A stretch of DNA of 64,000 nt, from NCBI GenBank assembly GCA_051984395.1, contig JBPYEZ010000123.1:3227-67226 (forward strand), written 5' to 3'. The stretch's first letter is position 1. Each line of letters opens with the position of its first letter. Shown piece after piece: positions 58,998 to 64,000 of this stretch. The translations under genes and the position numbers were made by a program. The notes beneath the pieces are model-generated. The model searched no databases and was not told the DNA's origin. It saw only the letters and a list, made by a program, of their open reading frames with translations. This DNA is from Acidimicrobiales bacterium (GTDB taxonomy: Bacteria; Actinomycetota; Acidimicrobiia; Acidimicrobiales; AC-9).

Positions 58998-60584
58998 CTA
59001 CCGGGTGGGCTGGTAGACGCCGAACTCCTCGCGGAGCACGTCGCTGACCTCGCCGAGGGTGGCCCTGGCCGCCAGCGCCTCCTTCATCGGCACCAGCAGG
59101 TTCTGCGTGCCCCTGGCGGCGGCGGCCACGTCCGCCAGCGCCGCCTCGGCCCTCGCCTGGTCCCGCTCGGCCCGGACCCGACGCACGCTCTCGGCCTGCT
59201 GGCGCTGGAGGGCCGGGTCGATCGGGAAGACCTCGACCAGGTCAGGGGACTCCTCGACGTGGCGGTTGACGCCGACGATGACCTTCTCGCCGTCGTCGAC
59301 GGCCTTGGCGTAGGCGTAGGCCGCCTGCTCGATCTCGTCCTGCATGAAGCCGGCCTCGATCGCCTCCACCGCCCCGCCCATGGCATCGATCCGCTCGAGG
59401 TACTCCCACGCCCCCGCCTCCACCGAGTCCGTCAGCGACTCGACGAAGTAGGACCCCCCCAGCGGATCGACGGTGTCGGCCACCCCCGACTCGTTGCCGA
59501 TGATCTGCTGGGTCCGAAGGGCGATCCGGACGGCCCGCTCGGTCGGGAGCCCGAGGGCTTCGTCGAAGCTGTTGGTGTGCAGGCTCTGGGTGCCCCCGAG
59601 GGCAGCCGCCAGCGCCTGCACCGTGGTGCGCACGATGTTGTTCTCGGGTTGCTGCGCGGTCAGGGTCGAGCCGCCCGTCTGGGTGTGGCAGCGCAGGAGG
59701 GTGGACCGCTTGTCCTTGGCGTGGAAGCGCTCGGTCATGAGCCTCGCCCACATCCGGCGGGCGGCGCGGAACTTGGCCACCTCCTCGAACAGGTTGTTGT
59801 GGGCGTTCCAGAAGAAGCTCAGACGGGGAGCGAAGTCGTCCACGGCCAGACCCGCGGCCAGCGCCGCCTCCACGTAGGCGACGCCGTTGGCCAGAGTGAA
59901 GGCGACCTCCTGGACCGCGGTCGACCCGGCCTCACGGATGTGGTAGCCGGAGATCGAGATCGTGTTCCACGACGGAAGGTGCTCGGCGCAGTAGGCGAAG
60001 GTGTCGGTGATGATCCGCATCGAAGGGCGCGGCGGGTAGATGTAGGTGCCGCGGGCCACGTACTCCTTGAGGATGTCGTTCTGGACGGTGCCGCCCAGGC
60101 GATCGGGGGCGACGCCGGACTCCTCGGCCACCACCTGGTACAGGAGCAGGAGAATGGCCGCCGTGGCGTTGATGGTCATGGACGTGGTGACCCGGTCGAG
60201 GGGTAGGTCGGCCAGTAGCGCGCGCATGTCCTCGACGGAGTCGATGGCGACGCCGACCTTGCCCACCTCACCTTCGGCCCGGGGATGGTCGGAGTCGTAG
60301 CCCATCTGGGTGGGCAGGTCGAAGGCGCACGACAAGCCGGTCTGGCCGGCGCCCAGGAGAAACTTGAACCGCTCGTTGGTCGCCTCCGCCGTGCCGAAGC
60401 CGGCGTACTGACGCATGGTCCACAGCCGTCCCCGGTACATGTCGGCGTACACGCCGCGGGTGTACGGGTACTGGCCGGGCTGGCCCAGCTGCCGGGCCCC
60501 GTCCCAGCCGTCGAGGTCCTCGGCGGTGTAGACGGGCCGGATCTCTATGCCCGAGTCGGTGCGATGCTCTGACGGCTGGGCCAT
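58998..60584 (-). CDS. Methylmalonyl-CoA mutase family, catalytic (substrate-binding TIM barrel) domain only
   Basis: ATG at 60584. [10 protein letters not shown] (Tyr) and [17 protein letters not shown] (Arg) are the MCM-type specificity residues. There is no C-terminal B12-binding domain. Confidence 0.92.
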   Translation of the reverse strand: MAQPSEHRTDSGIEIRPVYTAEDLDGWDGARQLGQPGQYPYTRGVYADMYRGRLWTMRQYAGFGTAEATNERFKFLLGAGQTGLSCAFDLPTQMGYDSDHPRAEGEVGKVGVAIDSVEDMRALLADLPLDRVTTSMTINATAAILLLLYQVVAEESGVAPDRLGGTVQNDILKEYVARGTYIYPPRPSMRIITDTFAYCAEHLPSWNTISISGYHIREAGSTAVQEVAFTLANGVAYVEAALAAGLAVDDFAPRLSFFWNAHNNLFEEVAKFRAARRMWARLMTERFHAKDKRSTLLRCHTQTGGSTLTAQQPENNIVRTTVQALAAALGGTQSLHTNSFDEALGLPTERAVRIALRTQQIIGNESGVADTVDPLGGSYFVESLTDSVEAGAWEYLERIDAMGGAVEAIEAGFMQDEIEQAAYAYAKAVDDGEKVIVGVNRHVEESPDLVEVFPIDPALQRQQAESVRRVRAERDQARAEAALADVAAAARGTQNLLVPMKEALAARATLGEVSDVLREEFGVYQPTR

Positions 60585-60594
60585 GGCCCAGAGG

Positions 60595-61797
60595 TTAGAC
60601 CCGCGCTGGTTGGGACCCCGTCGGCGGCGCCTGCGTCGGGTGCGGCATGCAGAGCTCGTCGTACTCGGCGATGACGATCTCGCCGGCCTCGGGGCCGCAG
60701 GCGGGGCAGGCCGGGTCCCGGTGCACGTTGAAGGTGCGGAAGCTCTCCTCCAGCGAGTCGTAGGCCAGCAGCCTGCCGACCAGGGAGTCGCCGAGGCCGA
60801 GGATGAGCTTGACGGCCTCCAGGGCCTGGATGGAGCCGATGATCCCGCACAGCACACCGAGCACGCCGGCCTCGGCGCACGATGGCGCCAGCTCGGCCGG
60901 GGGCGGCTCGGGGATCATGCACCGGTAGCACGGCCCGTTGTAGGGGTCGAAGACGGTGACCTGCCCCTCGAAACGGAAGATCGACCCGTGGACCACCGGG
61001 ATCCGCTTCACCAGCGAGGCGTCGTTCACGAGGTAGCGGGTGGGGAAGTTGTCCGTGCCGTCGACGATGACGTCGTAGCCGTCGATGATGTCGAGGATGT
61101 TGTCGGCTCCGAGGCGCACGTCGTAGGTCACGACGTCGAGGTCGGGGTTCATGGCCGTCAGCGTCTTCTTGGCCGAGTCCACCTTGCGCTCGCCGATCCG
61201 GTCGAGGTTGTGGAGGATCTGGCGCTGCAGGTTGGACGCGTCGACCTCGTCCATGTCGATGATCCCGAGGGTCCCGACCCCCGCCGCCGCCAGGTACATG
61301 GCCGCAGGCGAGCCGAGGCCGCCGGCACCGAGGAGAAGGACCTTGGCGTCCAGCAGCCGCTGCTGCCCGGCCTCGCCCACCTCGGGCAGGAGGAGGTGGC
61401 GGTGGTAGCGGTTGCGCTGATCGGGCGTCAGCGTCTGCGGCGTCCGCCAGTCCCGGCCCTCGTCCTTCCAGCGATTGAAGCCACCGGTCAGGGAGGCGAC
61501 GTCGCCGTAGCCCAGCTCGCCGAGCGTCTTGGCCGCGAAGGCGGAGCGAACGCCGCTGGCGCAGAACACGACGATCGGCCGGTCGTGGTCGCTGACCCGG
61601 CCCTCCACCTGGGTCTCGAGGTTGCCGCGGGGGATGTGGAGAGAGCCGGGGATGGTCCCCTGCTCGTACTCCTCGGGCTCCCGGACGTCGAGGAACAAGG
61701 CGTCGTCGCGGCGGCGGTCGGCCTCGGTGCCATCGACCTCGTGGATGGCGGACTTGGCCTGGGCGAGAAGCTCTCTGAATGTCGGCACGTCGATCAC
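60595..61797 (-). CDS. Rhodanese-MoeB/ThiF fusion (adenylyltransferase/sulfurtransferase, MoeZ-like but with N-terminal rhodanese)
   Basis: The N-terminal rhodanese has the CASGVRS active loop. It is followed by the ThiF core [30 protein letters not shown], and the zinc Cys pairs CYRC and CPAC. GTG at 61797 is chosen; 61788 is an alternative. Confidence 0.9.
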   Translation of the reverse strand: MIDVPTFRELLAQAKSAIHEVDGTEADRRRDDALFLDVREPEEYEQGTIPGSLHIPRGNLETQVEGRVSDHDRPIVVFCASGVRSAFAAKTLGELGYGDVASLTGGFNRWKDEGRDWRTPQTLTPDQRNRYHRHLLLPEVGEAGQQRLLDAKVLLLGAGGLGSPAAMYLAAAGVGTLGIIDMDEVDASNLQRQILHNLDRIGERKVDSAKKTLTAMNPDLDVVTYDVRLGADNILDIIDGYDVIVDGTDNFPTRYLVNDASLVKRIPVVHGSIFRFEGQVTVFDPYNGPCYRCMIPEPPPAELAPSCAEAGVLGVLCGIIGSIQALEAVKLILGLGDSLVGRLLAYDSLEESFRTFNVHRDPACPACGPEAGEIVIAEYDELCMPHPTQAPPTGSQPARV

Positions 61798-61876
61798 GCT
61801 CCTGGGAGCGGTTGATTTCGTACACCTAAACCCTACCCGCGCAGTCGACATTCCCGCGTCGGTAGGGTCGCCGGGC

Positions 61877-62473
61877 GTGGAGCTCGATGACGCCATCCGC
61901 CGCCGGCGCATGGTCCGCAGCTTCGAGGACCGCCCGGTCGCTCCCGATGTCGTCGACGCCATCCTCGACCACGCCGTGCGGGCGCCCTCGGCGGGCTTCA
62001 GCCAGGGTTGGGCCTTCGTGGTGCTCGAGGGCCCGGACCAGACGGGGGTCTTCTGGCGCACCACGACCACCTCCGACTGGCGGGCGAGCACCCGCCGGGC
62101 GGGGCTGCTGCGGGCGCCCGTCGTCGTCCTCCCCCTCGCTCACCGACAGGCCTACCTCGACCGCTATGCCGAGCCCGACAAGGAGGGCAGCGGGCTCGAC
62201 CGCCCCGAGGCCTGGCCCGTGCCCTACTGGCTGGTCGACACCGCCTTCGCCACCATGCTCGTCCTCCTCAGCGCCGTCGACGCGGGCCTCGGGGCGGCCT
62301 TCCTCGGCATCTTCAGGGGCGAGGCCGACCTGCTGGCCGCCCTCGGGGTGCCGCAGGGATACCGGCCCATCGGCGCCGTCGCCATGGGCTACCCGGCGCC
62401 CGATTTCCCGTCGCCCTCCCTGGCCCGCGGCCGTCGTCGCCTTTCAGACGCCGTGCACCGGGGCCGGTGGTAG
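61877..62473 (+). CDS. Nitroreductase family protein
   Basis: GTG at 61877. IRRRRMVRSFEDRPV...AVRAPSAGFSQGW...VAMGYP is present. Confidence 0.85.
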   Translation: MELDDAIRRRRMVRSFEDRPVAPDVVDAILDHAVRAPSAGFSQGWAFVVLEGPDQTGVFWRTTTTSDWRASTRRAGLLRAPVVVLPLAHRQAYLDRYAEPDKEGSGLDRPEAWPVPYWLVDTAFATMLVLLSAVDAGLGAAFLGIFRGEADLLAALGVPQGYRPIGAVAMGYPAPDFPSPSLARGRRRLSDAVHRGRW

Positions 62474-62480
62474 CGACTCC

Positions 62481-63254
62481 CTATCCGACGATGGCGGGCA
62501 GCACCTCGCCGATGGGCTCGGTCAGCACCGCGTCGGCCGCGTCGTCGTAGGGCGTCGGCTCGGTGTTGACGATGACCAGCCGGGCCCCGGCCTGGCGGGC
62601 GACGGGCACCAGACCGGCAGCGGGGAACACGGTGAGGCTCGAGCCCACCGCCAGCAGCAGGTCACACGACGACGCAGCCCGTTCCGCCCTCGCCAGGTCC
62701 TCGGGCACCAGGCTCTGTCCGAAGCTGATCGTCGCCGACTTGAGGATGCCGCCGCAGGTCGACGGGCCATCCGTCGCCAGACATGCGGGGTCCGGCTCCC
62801 CCGCCCTCACGCGCTCGAGCACCTCGGGCATCGGCCTGCGGTCGCCGCACGACATGCAGACCGACCAGTGGATCGTCCCGTGGATCTCGACCACGCGCGC
62901 CGGATCGTTGCCTGCCCGCTGGTGGAGCCCGTCGATGTTCTGGGTGACGAGGGTGTCGAGCTTGCCTCGTCGCTCGAGGACCACCAGGGCCCGATGGCCC
63001 GCGTTCGGCTCCGCCTGCCACGCCGGAGAGCTCAACCGGTCCTGCCACGACCGGCGGCGGACCTCGGGGTCTGCGAGGTAGTAGTCGAGGGTGGCCCTGC
63101 GCTCGGCCCCGGGGTTCTTGGTCCAGACGCCCTGGGGGCCGCGGAAGTCGGGGATCCCCGACTCGGTCGAGATCCCGGCACCCGTCAGGACGACGACATG
63201 GCTGGCGGTGTCGATCCACCCCCGGACCGCATCGGCTTGCTCAGTGGATTGCAC
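62481..63254 (-). CDS. NAD-dependent protein deacylase (Sir2/CobB family)
   Basis: LTGAGISTESGIPDFRG, TQNIDGLH and four zinc Cys (CMSC...C...C) are present. Confidence 0.92.
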   Translation of the reverse strand: MQSTEQADAVRGWIDTASHVVVLTGAGISTESGIPDFRGPQGVWTKNPGAERRATLDYYLADPEVRRRSWQDRLSSPAWQAEPNAGHRALVVLERRGKLDTLVTQNIDGLHQRAGNDPARVVEIHGTIHWSVCMSCGDRRPMPEVLERVRAGEPDPACLATDGPSTCGGILKSATISFGQSLVPEDLARAERAASSCDLLLAVGSSLTVFPAAGLVPVARQAGARLVIVNTEPTPYDDAADAVLTEPIGEVLPAIVG

Positions 63255-63290
63255 GGCACCAGCATTCCACCCGGGAAACGGTGCGCTCCC

Positions 63291-64000
63291 CTACCACCGG
63301 ACCGTGGCAACGGTGAGGGGGGCGGACAGCCCTCGCAAGCTGAGGGATCGTTCGTCGACCACCGAGCATTGGCCACCGGCGGCATCCAGCGCCGCCCGAC
63401 TGGCCACGATCTCGCCCGGTCCGGCGGTGGCGGCGATGCGCGCCGTCTCGTGCACGCCCTTTCCGCCGTAGTCGCCCTGACGTTCGGTCGCCTCCGTGGT
63501 GTGGAGGCCGATGCGCACCTGCACGGCGAAGCCGTGCTCCCGGCGGTGATCGGCAAGCCGCCGCTGGATGGCGCACGCCGCTTCCAGGGCTCCTGCGGTG
63601 TCGTCGAAGGCGACGAAGAAGCCGTCTCCCTCGTGCTTGACCTCTTCGCCCGCGAACTGCTCGAACACGGACCGAAGACTGCGATCGTGCCAGGTGAGCA
63701 GGGCGTCCCAGGCCTCGTCACCCAGTGCCTCGACCAGCTTGGTCGACCCCACGATGTCGGTGAACATGAACGTGCGGGTGGGACGGGTGGCCGGAGCGCG
63801 AACCGAGAGGCGGGACGTCATCTCGGCCGCGGCTCGGGTGGCGCCGATGCGGGCAAACGCGGCCCGCGCCGACTCCAGCTCCAACACGGCGTCGTCATCA
63901 CAGCCGGCCGCCTGATAGGCCCGGGCCAGGTCCGCCTTGCCCTGCGCCGCCTCGTATGGCGCGTCGAGCTCGGTCCACCGCCCGACACACTGCCGCAGCT
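63291..64000 (-). CDS. Class III adenylate/guanylate cyclase domain protein, C-terminal part (5' end outside window)
   Basis: FMFTDIVGSTKL, HEGDGFFVAF and RIGLHT...GKGVHETARI are present. The frame stays open upstream of the GTG at 63887 to the window edge, reading ...[46 protein letters not shown], which looks TPR/helical-repeat-like. Confidence 0.85.
   Translation of the reverse strand, partial: LRQCVGRWTELDAPYEAAQGKADLARAYQAAGCDDDAVLELESARAAFARIGATRAAAEMTSRLSVRAPATRPTRTFMFTDIVGSTKLVEALGDEAWDALLTWHDRSLRSVFEQFAGEEVKHEGDGFFVAFDDTAGALEAACAIQRRLADHRREHGFAVQVRIGLHTTEATERQGDYGGKGVHETARIAATAGPGEIVASRAALDAAGGQCSVVDERSLSLRGLSAPLTVATVRW

Noticed and set aside
62481-64000. Sir2-family gene next to a cyclase-domain gene, considered as a possible SIR2-based anti-phage system (Thoeris/DSR-like)
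   Set aside because: The Sir2 protein is a compact 257-aa CobB-type deacylase with an intact zinc ribbon and catalytic His. It has no fused sensor or effector domain. There is no TIR, HerA, helicase or nuclease partner, and the flanks are core metabolism.

Overview
This is a very GC-rich, densely packed chromosomal segment of actinobacterial type. The gene order resembles the mycobacterial manA-pmmA / fbiA-fbiB / manB-wbbL-rmlD-LCP neighbourhood, possibly from an Acidimicrobiia-like lineage, but the taxon is a guess. I call about 60 protein genes. Many are joined by 4-nt ATGA/GTGA start-stop overlaps, so most sit in tightly coupled operons. I found no rRNA, tRNA, CRISPR array, transposase, integrase or phage gene.

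Gene blocks:
- 1-7.9 kb: a stress and metal block. It holds a DGPF/YCII protein, an ECF42-type sigma factor, a MhuD-like monooxygenase, a DsbA-like reductase, a STAS-like protein, a DUF427 protein, ArsR with a histidine-rich repeat protein, an orphan KAS II, a methyltransferase, MgtC and a repeat-tailed membrane protein.
- 8.1-15.6 kb: an LCP ligase, a methyltransferase and the livKHMGF transporter.
- 15.5-20.8 kb: a beta-oxidation-like module (quinone oxidoreductase, two adjacent acyl-CoA dehydrogenases, an SDR, and a divergent CoA-transferase).
- 20.8-28.0 kb: the housekeeping run ftsX-ftsE-prfB-secA, an orphan NarL-type response regulator, and hpf.
- 28.4-52.4 kb: a large cell-envelope glycan region. 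It holds PMI/PGI, Trm112, PMM, an 817-aa GT-C-like membrane protein, a CPBP protease, ftsH, three GT4, two GT2, ManC-like, GalE-like and Rmd-like genes, UGDH, UXS, RmlB, RmlD and a second LCP, with cofD-cofE embedded.
- 52.5-64 kb: acyl-CoA and cofactor metabolism (ACAD, birA, acyl-CoA carboxylase alpha, M20 hydrolase, LpdA-like flavoprotein, split methylmalonyl-CoA mutase, rhodanese-MoeB fusion, nitroreductase, sirtuin, partial adenylate cyclase).

I do not see a clearly novel multi-gene system such as a defence island. The leads I consider best:
1. A 378-nt structured-looking noncoding gap directly upstream of hpf, which fits the context of the raiA-motif RNA.
2. An Arn-like arrangement of UGDH, UXS and a polyprenyl-phosphate-type GT2, with a GT-C membrane protein nearby. 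This suggests a lipid-linked pentose donor.
3. An ArsR-controlled, translationally coupled 99-aa protein with 27 His arranged as two 39-aa repeats.
4. A MoeB/ThiF enzyme with the rhodanese domain at the N-terminus instead of the C-terminus.
5. Several conspicuous inverted and tandem repeats in leader regions.

All functional calls rest on reading the translated ORFs against remembered family motifs. No database search was run.
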